A DNA stretch of 64,000 nt from Candidatus Latescibacterota bacterium. Its GTDB lineage: Bacteria > Latescibacterota > UBA2968 > UBA8231. Positions within the stretch are counted from its first letter, which is position 1; each line of letters opens with the position of its first letter. The translations under genes and the position numbers were made by a program. Positions 49,170-58,100 of the stretch are shown here, one piece after another. The DNA lies in the NCBI GenBank assembly GCA_965223905.1, contig CBDCXV010000001.1:736001-800000 (forward strand). The letters run 5' to 3'. The notes under the pieces are model-generated. The model did no database searches, was not told where the DNA came from, and saw nothing but the letters and a program-made list of their open reading frames with translations.

Positions 49170-50249
49170 CTAGTCCACCTCGGGTCCGATCCTCAGGGAA
49201 TGCGTCTTCACCAGGCAGAAGACCTCCTGCCCGGGGGCGAGGCCGAGCTCGGCGACCGCCTCGGGGGTGACCTTGGCGGCCAGGCGCCGGCCGACGTCGA
49301 CGTAGACGAGGCGCGTGGCTCCGACGGCGCTGATCTCGGTCACCGTTCCCCGGAGGGCGTTGCGCACGCTCAACCCCTGCGGCCGGCTGCGGGCGAGAAT
49401 GACGTCGTCGGCGCGCAGACCGACGAAGAGGCGCGTCCCCGGCGGGCGGCCGCAGTGCGGGATGCGCAGCAGCTGCCCGCCGCAGCGGGCAAGGCAGGCG
49501 TCGCCCGTGCCTTCGCCGGGCAGGATCTCCACGGGCAGCACGTTCTCGAAGCCGAACTCGTCGACGAGGCGGAGCACCCGGGGGTCGCAGGCGACGCGGA
49601 AGAAATCGCCGTGGGCGACGACGCGGCCGCCGTCGAGGACGATCACCTGGCCGGTCAGCTCGAGGATCTCCGCGGCGGAATGGCTGACGTAGAGGATGGG
49701 GATGCCGAGGTCGGAGCGCACGTGGCGCAGGTAGGGGATGATGCGGCTCTTCAGTCCCCGGTCGAGCGAGGCCAGCGGCTCGTCCATCAGCAGCAGGCGC
49801 GGCGAGGACAGCAGGGCGCGCCCCAGGGCGACGCGCTGGCGCTCCCCGCCGGACAGGGTGGCCGGGAAGCGGTCGAGGAGGCCGCCGATCTCCAGCAGTT
49901 CGCAGATGCGCTCCGGCTCGAAACGGCGCTCTCCAAAGGGAAGCAGGTCGTAGCCGAAGCGGAGGTTGTCGCCGGCGCTCAGGTGCGGGAACAGCAGGTC
50001 CTCCTGGAAGACGTACCCCAGCCGGCGCGCTTCGGGCGGCCTGTCGATCCCGGCGGCGTCATCGAAGAGTACCTCTCCATCGAGCTCGATGCGGCCCCGG
50101 TCCGGGCGCATCAGTCCGGCGACCATGTTGAGAAGGGAGGTCTTGCCCGCTCCGGAGGGGCCGTAGATGGCGGTCACCGGGTAGCGGCACTCCACCTCGA
50201 CCTCGAGGTCGAACGCGGCCAGCCCGCGGTTAAGGCGCAGGGACAGCAT
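49170..50249 (-). CDS. modC: Molybdate ABC transporter ATP-binding protein
   Basis: GPSGAGKT, LSGGERQRVA, LMDEP, C-terminal TOBE SVRNALRG. Confidence 0.95.
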   Translation of the reverse strand: MLSLRLNRGLAAFDLEVEVECRYPVTAIYGPSGAGKTSLLNMVAGLMRPDRGRIELDGEVLFDDAAGIDRPPEARRLGYVFQEDLLFPHLSAGDNLRFGYDLLPFGERRFEPERICELLEIGGLLDRFPATLSGGERQRVALGRALLSSPRLLLMDEPLASLDRGLKSRIIPYLRHVRSDLGIPILYVSHSAAEILELTGQVIVLDGGRVVAHGDFFRVACDPRVLRLVDEFGFENVLPVEILPGEGTGDACLARCGGQLLRIPHCGRPPGTRLFVGLRADDVILARSRPQGLSVRNALRGTVTEISAVGATRLVYVDVGRRLAAKVTPEAVAELGLAPGQEVFCLVKTHSLRIGPEVD

Positions 50250-50254
50250 CTCTC

Positions 50255-50929
50255 TCACCCTCGCCGGGCGCGCCGCGCCGCCCACTCGCTGGCCAGCAGC
50301 GCCGCCAGCGACACGGCGATGGAGATCCACACCAGCCGCATTGCCCGCCCTTCCCCCCCGGGCTGGTTGAGGTAGGTGTAGATGGCGGACGGGATCGTCC
50401 GCGTCTGTCCGGCGATGTTGGCGGCAAACGTGATGGTCGCCCCGAACTCGCCGAGGCTGCGGGCGAAGGCGAGCAGGGCGCCGACCCACAATCCCGGCGC
50501 CGCCAGGCGCAGGGTGACGGTGAAGAACACCCGCAACGGCCCGGCGCCGAGGGTGCGGGCGACCCCCTCCAGACGCGGCTCGACGTTCTCGATGGCGAGG
50601 CGTACGGCGCGCAGCGCCAGCGGGAAGCCGACCACTGCCGAGGCCAGGGCCGCCCCTTTCCAATCGAACGCCAAGCTCACCCCGGCGGCCTCGAGCAGCG
50701 GCCCGAAGAAGCCGCGGCGGCCGAACAGCAGCAGCAGGAGGTACCCGGTAACCACCGGAGGCAGCACCAGCGGCAGGTGGCAGAGCCCGTCGACGAGCAG
50801 CTTGCCGCGGAAGTCGCGGCGCGCCAGCAGCCACCCGAGGGCGGTGGCCGGGGGCAGGGTCAGGGCGACGCAGGCGAGGGCAACGCGCAGGGACAGCCCC
50901 AGTACCTGCAGTTCCTCCGGTTGGAACAT
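50255..50929 (-). CDS. modB: Molybdate ABC transporter permease
   Basis: LPLVLPPVVTGYLLL, ARTLGA, FARSLGEFGATI. Confidence 0.96.
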   Translation of the reverse strand: MFQPEELQVLGLSLRVALACVALTLPPATALGWLLARRDFRGKLLVDGLCHLPLVLPPVVTGYLLLLLFGRRGFFGPLLEAAGVSLAFDWKGAALASAVVGFPLALRAVRLAIENVEPRLEGVARTLGAGPLRVFFTVTLRLAAPGLWVGALLAFARSLGEFGATITFAANIAGQTRTIPSAIYTYLNQPGGEGRAMRLVWISIAVSLAALLASEWAARRARRG

Positions 50930-50934
50930 CGCCG

Positions 50935-51735
50935 TTACTCGGGGCGGGACGTGACCCGCGGCCGCGGCAGGACGGCAAAGCCGTGGCGCCGGAAGATCCG
51001 GGCCGCGGCCGGGGACAGCATGCGGGCCATGGCGGCGCGCACCTGCGGGGAATCCCTGCCGGCGACGACCGCGGCCGGATAGAGGATCGGCTCGTGCAGG
51101 CTGTCCGGGATCTCCGCGGCGACCTCGACCCGGTCGCTGGCCGCGGCGTCGGTGGTGTAGACGATCCCGGCGGAACAGGCGCCGCGCTCGACGAAGACCA
51201 GGGCCGCGCGCGCGTCCGGGGCCGGTGCCAGCCTGGGCTCGAGCCGCGACCACCAGCCGAGCCCGACGAGCGCCTGCTTCGCGTACATCCCCGCCGGTAC
51301 GTGGTCGGGGTCGCCGAGGGCCAGACGGCCGCTGAAGCTTCCGGGGAAATCGAAATCCCCGGCGATTTCCACAGAGTCGAGGCCGGATCCCGCCGGGGCG
51401 ACGACCGCCAGGCGGTTGGCGAGCAGGTCGACGCGGGTCGCCGTATCGATGCGGCCGCGCTGCTCGAGGAAATCCATCCAGGCGCGATTGGCCGACAGGA
51501 ACAGGTCGGCGGGAGCGCCGGCGTCGATCTGGCGCGCCAGCACGGAGGAAGCGGCGAACGAGAGGCTGACTTCGGTCCCGGCCTCGCCCTCAAAGACTTC
51601 GGCGGCAGCTGCCGTCAGGCTCGCCGCGGCGAAGACGGTGACCTCGGCGGCCGCCGGGGCGAAAGGGGTGATGGCCGCGGCAGCGGCAGCTGCCGCCCAT
51701 CGGCGCAGTGCCGGGACGGGCTGCCGGATGCGCAC
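50935..51735 (-). CDS. modA: Molybdate ABC transporter substrate-binding protein
   Basis: VFAAASL, FAASSVLARQIDAGAPADLFLSA, HVPAGMYA, GIVYTTDA; start uncertain. Confidence 0.93.
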   Translation of the reverse strand: MRIRQPVPALRRWAAAAAAAAITPFAPAAAEVTVFAAASLTAAAAEVFEGEAGTEVSLSFAASSVLARQIDAGAPADLFLSANRAWMDFLEQRGRIDTATRVDLLANRLAVVAPAGSGLDSVEIAGDFDFPGSFSGRLALGDPDHVPAGMYAKQALVGLGWWSRLEPRLAPAPDARAALVFVERGACSAGIVYTTDAAASDRVEVAAEIPDSLHEPILYPAAVVAGRDSPQVRAAMARMLSPAAARIFRRHGFAVLPRPRVTSRPE

Positions 51736-52370
51736 ACTTGTCCCGGATCCGCAGCGGCCGGAGCGGACCCCCAGGTGCGCCCCCTCACCCCGTGGTTGGC
51801 AGGCACCGGAGCACCGGGTCTGCTTGCCGTCGGTGTTCGCAGTATCAAGGAATTCCTCGGGCCTGCAGGGGGCGCTTCCCGGGGCAGGACGGGGATCCGG
51901 AAATTCCCGGTTCCAAGCGGAAAGCCTCGGCGTTTCCGGCATTCCGGGCTTGCTGTAGCCCCTGGGAAGGCGTCTCATGCAGTTTGTCTCAAGAGTTCGC
52001 GGACGGTGCCGGGCTCCGCCCGATCAAGAGTCTGCCAACCCACATTCCGCGGCCGGGTCTTGCCGGTTTCCAGGGGAAACGGGTCGCAGCGTCGGTTGGC
52101 GGCCTGGGTTTGCGAAACCGGGCACGTGGGAAGGTCGCTTTGGAGGCGAGGCCGGGCAATCGGCCTCCGCTGCCCATCCCTTCCGGATGCAGCCCCCAAA
52201 GCAGGCGTCGGCCCTGATCGAGCATTACTCCTTCGCTTGGAGGATGACGGGAAACCCCGCCTGGCTGCTGGCCGCCTGCGCGTCAACCGCGCTTCAGGTG
52301 GTTTCGCCCTGAGGTGGGGACCGGACCGCTGCATGTGCTTCTCGCTGTCCCCGGCCGCGGCGGAGGTGCT

Positions 52371-53264
52371 TCAGGCGGGACGCCGCGAGGACTCCGCCTC
52401 GGCCCGTGCGCGGCGCACCACGTAGAGGTTGCTCGCCAGGATGACGGCCGCCCCTGCCAGGGTCCAGGCGTCGGGGAAGTCGCCGAAACCGATGAAGCCG
52501 ACGACGACCGCCCACATGAACAGGGAATAGACGAACGGCTGCAGCGCCGCGGCCTCGGCGTAGCGCAATGCCTTGATCAGCGAGAAATGGGCGGTGGCGC
52601 TGAGCGCGGCCACCAGCGCCAGCAGGCCCCAGTCGCCCGGAGCCGGCGGCAGCCAGTAGAAGGGGCCCGGCAGGCTGAGAACGATGGCGCCGGCCAGCCC
52701 TGCGTACAGCAGCGACGTCTCCGGCCGGTCGGTGCGGCTGGCGAGGCGGGTGAGCATCTGGTAGACCGCCCACAGCAGGGCGGCCAGCAGCGGGATGGCG
52801 GCCTCGGCGGTCATGGCGCCGGTTCCGGGACGGAGGATCAGCAGCACCCCGGCGAATCCGGCCGCGACCGCGAGCATCCGGTACAGGGAGACGCGCTCCC
52901 GCAGGAGCGGCGCCGACAGCAGGGTGACGATCAGGGGGGAGACCGCGGCCAGGGCGTGCACGTCGGCCAGGGGCAGGTGGATGAAGGCGATCACGAACGT
53001 GGCCTGCTCGGCGACGAGAACGAGGGAGCGGGCGACCTGAACGCCGCGCTGCCGGGAGGCGAGCGCCCTGCGGATCCCCATCCCCCGGGAGGCCAGGGCG
53101 GCGACGACGACGAGCAGCAGGTAGCGGACCCAGAGGATCTGCACGAAGGAGTAGGTCTTCGCCAGGTGCTTGTTGAGCCCGTCCATGACGGCGAAGAGCA
53201 GCATCGCCAGCAGCACGAGGGCGATACCCCGCAGCGCCATCCTCGGTCCGGTTTTCGGCGTCAC
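52371..53264 (-). CDS. DMT/EamA family transporter
   Basis: ~10 TM helices, PLADVHAL...SPL...LLRERV, GFAGVLLILRPG, LQPFVY; start 53264 (GTG) or 53240 (ATG). Confidence 0.88.
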   Translation of the reverse strand: MTPKTGPRMALRGIALVLLAMLLFAVMDGLNKHLAKTYSFVQILWVRYLLLVVVAALASRGMGIRRALASRQRGVQVARSLVLVAEQATFVIAFIHLPLADVHALAAVSPLIVTLLSAPLLRERVSLYRMLAVAAGFAGVLLILRPGTGAMTAEAAIPLLAALLWAVYQMLTRLASRTDRPETSLLYAGLAGAIVLSLPGPFYWLPPAPGDWGLLALVAALSATAHFSLIKALRYAEAAALQPFVYSLFMWAVVVGFIGFGDFPDAWTLAGAAVILASNLYVVRRARAEAESSRRPA

Positions 53265-53603
53265 GGTTTTACACCGCCCTTCAGGCCGGGCCGCCGGCGC
53301 CAACGCAATCCATGGAAAGGCTGCCGCGGTCCCTTCCGTCCGCTGCAAACGGGGGCCGCAGGGATGTCCGGCACCCCGCAGTACCCGTGTGTGGGCGGCC
53401 GTTCTCGTGGACCCTCCGGGCTTCGGCGCCCCGTTCGAGCTGGCGCATCGAGAGCGTACCCCTTTGCCGGATCGCCACCGACCTGCATCCCTCGTCGTGC
53501 CGCGCTTCGCAAGCGACCTGTTGGCGCTTTGCGCAAAGACAGTGCCGGCAGGAGGGAGACGTCGGGAAGCCGCGGGCTCCCCGCCAGCGATGCCTTCCGA
53601 GGC

Positions 53604-54949
53604 TCATCCCCTCTTCCGGCCCGGCGCGGGGTCACTGGCTGCCGCGGTCGGATAGAAGGGCAGGAAGTCGGTGTTCGGTGTGATTCCGGTGACGTCGTCC
53701 CCGCGCCACTCGATACGGTACTCGACGCCGTCGGTCGTTTCCCTGATGGTCCGGGCGGGCAGGTCGTACTGCATTTGAACCGCCGTTCCCGCCTTCGCTT
53801 CGCCGGCGAAGAGGAAGCACCCGGTTCTGTCGAATCGGGCAGGCCGTGCGGGTGGCCATGCATGCCGCCGAAAGCGCCAAGCACTCTTTCGTCCAGGCGC
53901 GCGTGCTCGTCCCGGCCGTCCTCCGCCATCGGCGTCAGCCCGGGTTTTTCCGTGATCTGAGACGGCAGGATGCGGGCGCGCACGATCCGTTCGGCGTCGT
54001 CGAGAAACTCGCCGTACCCGAGCCTGGCCAGCCACAGCGCCAGCTGCGCCGCGTCGCCCGGGGAGGTGGTCTCGCCCCTGGTGTCGAGAGTCCAGTCGTG
54101 CGAGATGAAGCCCGATTCCTTGACGCTGGTCCGCACCGTCTCCCGATAGGTCCTGGCGATGCGTTCGATGTACTGGTGCTGCCTGGTCATGCAGCCGTAG
54201 AGCAGGAGCCCCCGGTAGGTGCCGAACAGCGAGTGCGTGTGCAGGTCCCCGGCTGCCGCTACGCTGCCGTCCGCACGGGTGATGTTGTCGTAGTGGAATT
54301 CCGCAAGGCGCGCGGCCAGCCGCATGGCGCCTGCGCAGCCGCTGACCTCGAAAAACTCGAGAAGGGCTTCGATGAGGCGGCCGTGGCTTTCGGTTCCGGT
54401 GAGCTCGCGGCAGCTCGCCTTTCCCGCTTCGGCCGGGTCGATCTCCACGCCGCCGCGGTGCGCCCGGTCGGCCATGGCCCCGCCATCCCAGGTTCCGTCC
54501 TCGTGGATGTAGCCGTCGAGGGCGGCGACCACGCGCCGGCCCTGCTCGAGCGCCCAGCGGCTGCCGCGGTAGCGGGCGAGGCAGGCGAGGGCGAGCAGGG
54601 ATTCCCGGTGCGAGTGGTCGTCGACCCACCCGGCCACCAGTTTCCAGTGGGACTGCGGCTGTGAGATCAGGAATCCGCAGACCGACAGGGGGTTGTCGAA
54701 CAGGCTCTCGAGGTGGCGGAGCATCACCGCCTCGGCCTCCGCGGGGATGGCGAAGCCGGTGGCGGCCTCGAGCCGCAGCAGGGCGTCCCACCAGCGGCCG
54801 ACGTTGTGCGACGGGTAGCTCATGTTGCAGGCGGCGCGCCCCCCGCGGTCGATTTCGACGTTCCAGAAGGGCATGCCGCCGTGCGCCGGGGAAAGCGTGT
54901 CGACCAGGTTCCGCCCCGCCAACTCCATCGCCTGCCTGAGGGTCAGCAT
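53604..54949 (-). pseudogene. GH127/beta-L-arabinofuranosidase-like (alpha/alpha)6 protein with frameshift and probable internal deletion near 53840
   Basis: HNVGRWWDA, HTHS, GET, FLDDAERIVR; C-terminal YDLP...YRIEWRGDDV continues in another frame. Confidence 0.6.
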
Positions 54950-55172
54950 GCGTCATCTCCTTGAGAACGCGGGGGGCTGCATCCGCTCGGCGCCGCGGTC
55001 GCACCAAGCGTGGTCCGGTCCTGGTCGATCAGCAGCTCGGCGTCGAGGTTGTTGCATGCGTGGGAGTAGCTGGTGTTGATGACGCATGCCTTTCCCCCCT
55101 CTGCTCAACAGGGGTGGCGGCGATATCGTCGTCGCCGGGAATGGCGGAGCCGCCTTTTTCTCAGCCGATCTG

Positions 55173-56111
55173 CTATTGCAATACCGGCAGCAGGTAGGCG
55201 AGGGCGACGCTGACGGCGAGGCCGGCGAATATCTTGGCCAGATCGGAGAGCAGCAGCCGGGACACCTCCTGGCGGCTGCGGTGCTTCTCGTTCCAGGCGA
55301 TGGCGATCTCGCGTCCCGCCAGGAGGCCGACGAAAACCCAGGTGGTGCTCATCGGGAGGTGGCTGACCTCCTTGAACAGGTACAGCACGAGGCCGTAGAT
55401 CAGGTCGACGAACGTCGCCGAGCGGATGTCGGTGGTGTTCGTCTTCGTCAGCACCACCTTCTGGATGGCGCCGCCGTGGGAATAGAAGATGAAGCCGAGC
55501 AGGGCGAGCATGACGGCGATGGAGGCCGCGAGTCCTTCCGCGGACAGGGCCCGCGGCAGGAAGACGTATATATTGACCAGGTCCTGTACCAGCCACTGGG
55601 TCAAGAGGAAGCCGGTCGAGCACCATTGGGCCACGATCCACCAGGAGCTCGTCGGGCCATCCGTCCGGTTGAAGCGGGACTCGAGACTTCGGGTGACCAG
55701 TCTGTAAATGAGAATAGCAGCCACGAAGGCGGTCGCGTACCCCAACAGGGACTTGATCAGCATGCTCGGCAGCGCCTTCGGCGCGAAGAGCGTCAGGGTC
55801 ATGAAGGTGGTGCTGACCGGGATGCCACTACGGGTCAGCAGGAGCAGGGCGAAAGGGGGGACGCAGTAAATCCAGGAGAAGTGGTCCGGCTCCGGGATCG
55901 CCTGGAACCTGCCGTAGGAGACGTCGCCGTGAGCCGTCCACCCGTGCACGAGGACGGCCGTCATGATGCCGCCGGCGAAGAGCCAGAGCACCCACCACCG
56001 GCGATGGGAGTTGGAGCTGAGAAAGGTCCCCAGCGTCTGGATCGCGTCGTTGCCGACGATGGAATACGAACTGAGCAGGAAACCGACGACCATCAGTGGT
56101 TCCAGGGGCAT
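55173..56111 (-). CDS. Membrane protein resembling PiT-type phosphate/sulfate permeases
   Basis: YSIVGNDAIQTLGTF, GIPVSTTF, QDLVN, PMSTTWVFVGLLAGRE repeats resemble the PiT GxND / PVSTT signature. Confidence 0.7.
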   Translation of the reverse strand: MPLEPLMVVGFLLSSYSIVGNDAIQTLGTFLSSNSHRRWWVLWLFAGGIMTAVLVHGWTAHGDVSYGRFQAIPEPDHFSWIYCVPPFALLLLTRSGIPVSTTFMTLTLFAPKALPSMLIKSLLGYATAFVAAILIYRLVTRSLESRFNRTDGPTSSWWIVAQWCSTGFLLTQWLVQDLVNIYVFLPRALSAEGLAASIAVMLALLGFIFYSHGGAIQKVVLTKTNTTDIRSATFVDLIYGLVLYLFKEVSHLPMSTTWVFVGLLAGREIAIAWNEKHRSRQEVSRLLLSDLAKIFAGLAVSVALAYLLPVLQ

Positions 56112-56203
56112 TCTCAATCCCTCCCGGGAGTCTTCGACAACAACTCCGATAAACGGTGTATACGGTGTATTTCGAACGGAGAAAAGATAGCGGGATCAGA
56201 AAA

Positions 56204-56896
56204 ATGGAGACTCATTCCGTACGGCGCCATTTGCGCGTTGAAATCGAGGCCTACGACAGGACCATCCGCGCCTTCATCCCCTCCTACGAGGAGATGCTGG
56301 AGCAGACCGCGGAGGCGGTTGCCGGCGCGAAACCGGGAAGGGTGATCGACCTCGGCGCCGGCACGGGCGCCCTGGCGCAGGCGGTGTTGCGGAGGTGCGA
56401 GGGAGCGAGGGTCCTCCTGATCGACGCCGATCCCGAGATGCTCGCCCAGGCGCGGGAGCGCCTGGCCCAATTCGGGGACCGGGTGCAGTACGCCGAGCGC
56501 CCCTTCCAGGGCCCGCTGTCCCCCTGCGACGTCGCAGTCGCCTCCCTGGCGCTGCACCATGTTCCCACGCTGGCGGAGAAACGGAAGATCTTCGGCGCGA
56601 TTCACGCCGCGCTGCCGCCGGGCGGCGTGTTCGTCAACGCGGATGTGACCATTCCTGCGGGGCGGTCGGCTCGCCGGGCGGAATACGAGACCTGGGCGGC
56701 CCACCTCGTCTCGTGCGGCATCCCCGAGGAGCGCGCCTGGGAACATTTCCGGGAGTGGTCCGGGGAAGACACCTACTTCCCTCTCGAGGAGGAGCTGGCG
56801 GCGCTGGGGGAGGCCGGTTTCGAGGCGGCCTGCCTGTGGCGTGCGGTACCGGTGACGTTGATGAGAGCCGCCAAGCCGGCACAAGTGAGCCGCTGA
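56204..56896 (+). CDS. Class I SAM-dependent methyltransferase (CmoA-like)
   Basis: FIPSYEEML, VIDLGAGTG, SLALHH, LPPGGVFVNAD. Confidence 0.9.
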   Translation: METHSVRRHLRVEIEAYDRTIRAFIPSYEEMLEQTAEAVAGAKPGRVIDLGAGTGALAQAVLRRCEGARVLLIDADPEMLAQARERLAQFGDRVQYAERPFQGPLSPCDVAVASLALHHVPTLAEKRKIFGAIHAALPPGGVFVNADVTIPAGRSARRAEYETWAAHLVSCGIPEERAWEHFREWSGEDTYFPLEEELAALGEAGFEAACLWRAVPVTLMRAAKPAQVSR

Positions 56897-57017
56897 ACAG
56901 GGAGGCCCGGGGCAATTCCGACTTCATCCCGGCCGGTCTCAGGGTCAGCCGGGCGGCAGACCGGTGGCGCATCCATATGGCGGCCTCAACCAGGGCAGAA
57001 CTCGTAAAGCTCAATCC

Positions 57018-58019
57018 CTACGGCCGCGGCAGGACAACGAACCCGACCGAATCGACCGAGGCCGAGCCGAACAGCCCGATCCCCCCTTCCACCTCGAAGA
57101 AGGGCCGCTCGAAGTTTTCGCCGGCCAGCCCCCCGAAGCCGCCCTGCTCCTGCTGGTCGGGGCTGGTGCGGGCGTACTCGAACCAGTTGTAGTCCAGGGC
57201 GAACACCTTTATCAGGGAGCGCCCGGTGAACGCCACGGCGAACCAGGGCCAGCGCACGACCCCGTCCCTGATCGCCAGGGGAGGGGACTGGTTGGCCCGC
57301 AGGTCGTCGATATCCTCGTCGCGAAATTCCTCGATATCCTCGTCGACAATGGTCGGTTCTTCTTCCAGGGCGAAGATCGCCGCCTGGTACGCCTCCACTT
57401 CCACGGTTTCCAGGTAAATCTCGAGCAGGCCCTCCAGGTAGGTGAGCTGATTCTCCGGCGCCGTGAAAACTTCCTCTCCGGCCTCGGCAAAGGACTTGAG
57501 AGTCCGCAGGATCTCCCCGGTTTCCTCGTCGATCAGCACCGCCCTCCGCACCCGCACCCGGCCGGGGGTGGTCGTGCTCGCCCCGACGCTCTTGTCGCCG
57601 ACCTCGACTTCCAACCGGTACTCGGTAAGGGCCTCCACCCGGGGCGCTTCCGGGGGCGGCAGGTAGCGCCCCGGCTCAGCCGGGTCGGAGGCGTACTCGA
57701 AGACCTGGTCCCCCTGGAGGACGCGCACCCGGGCGTCGGTCAACCCCATTGCCTCACGGCTGTAGGTGCTGTGGGTCGGGCGCACCAGGCGTCCGGTCGA
57801 GTCGATGTCGGCCGGGTCGAAGACATAGCTGGAATCGAGGCGGACGGCCTCGGCCAGGGGCAGGGCGCGCCGCACGAACAGCTCGGGCAGGGCCTGGTCG
57901 ACAAGCAGCACCCCGTCGACCACCACCTCGGTTTCCTCTTCCACCGATCCGTAGAGGTCCCAGGGCTGGCGCTCGGAGGCGCAGGCCGTCAGGCACAGGA
58001 GGATGAAAAGGCGGCGCAT
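57018..58019 (-). CDS. DUF4249-like lipoprotein, partner of upstream TBDR
   Basis: Lipobox LTAC, VVVDGVL, YRLEV, C-terminal VEGGIGLFGS. Confidence 0.8.
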   Translation of the reverse strand: MRRLFILLCLTACASERQPWDLYGSVEEETEVVVDGVLLVDQALPELFVRRALPLAEAVRLDSSYVFDPADIDSTGRLVRPTHSTYSREAMGLTDARVRVLQGDQVFEYASDPAEPGRYLPPPEAPRVEALTEYRLEVEVGDKSVGASTTTPGRVRVRRAVLIDEETGEILRTLKSFAEAGEEVFTAPENQLTYLEGLLEIYLETVEVEAYQAAIFALEEEPTIVDEDIEEFRDEDIDDLRANQSPPLAIRDGVVRWPWFAVAFTGRSLIKVFALDYNWFEYARTSPDQQEQGGFGGLAGENFERPFFEVEGGIGLFGSASVDSVGFVVLPRP

Positions 58020-58100
58020 CGTTCCTTTAGCCCGCCTGGGTCGGATTCCATGCGGACGTAGAATGCGGAAAAGGTTGGGAAAGGGGCACATCGGGAGACC

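Noticed and set aside
51736-52310. Moco riboswitch or ModE box upstream of modA
   Set aside because: Consensus elements not found on the minus strand; only a generic long hairpin is present.
56153-56170. Tandem ACGGTGTAT x2 as a Pho box upstream of the PiT-like gene
   Set aside because: Period is 9 bp, not the 11 bp of PhoB boxes, and the sequence does not match CTGTCAT.
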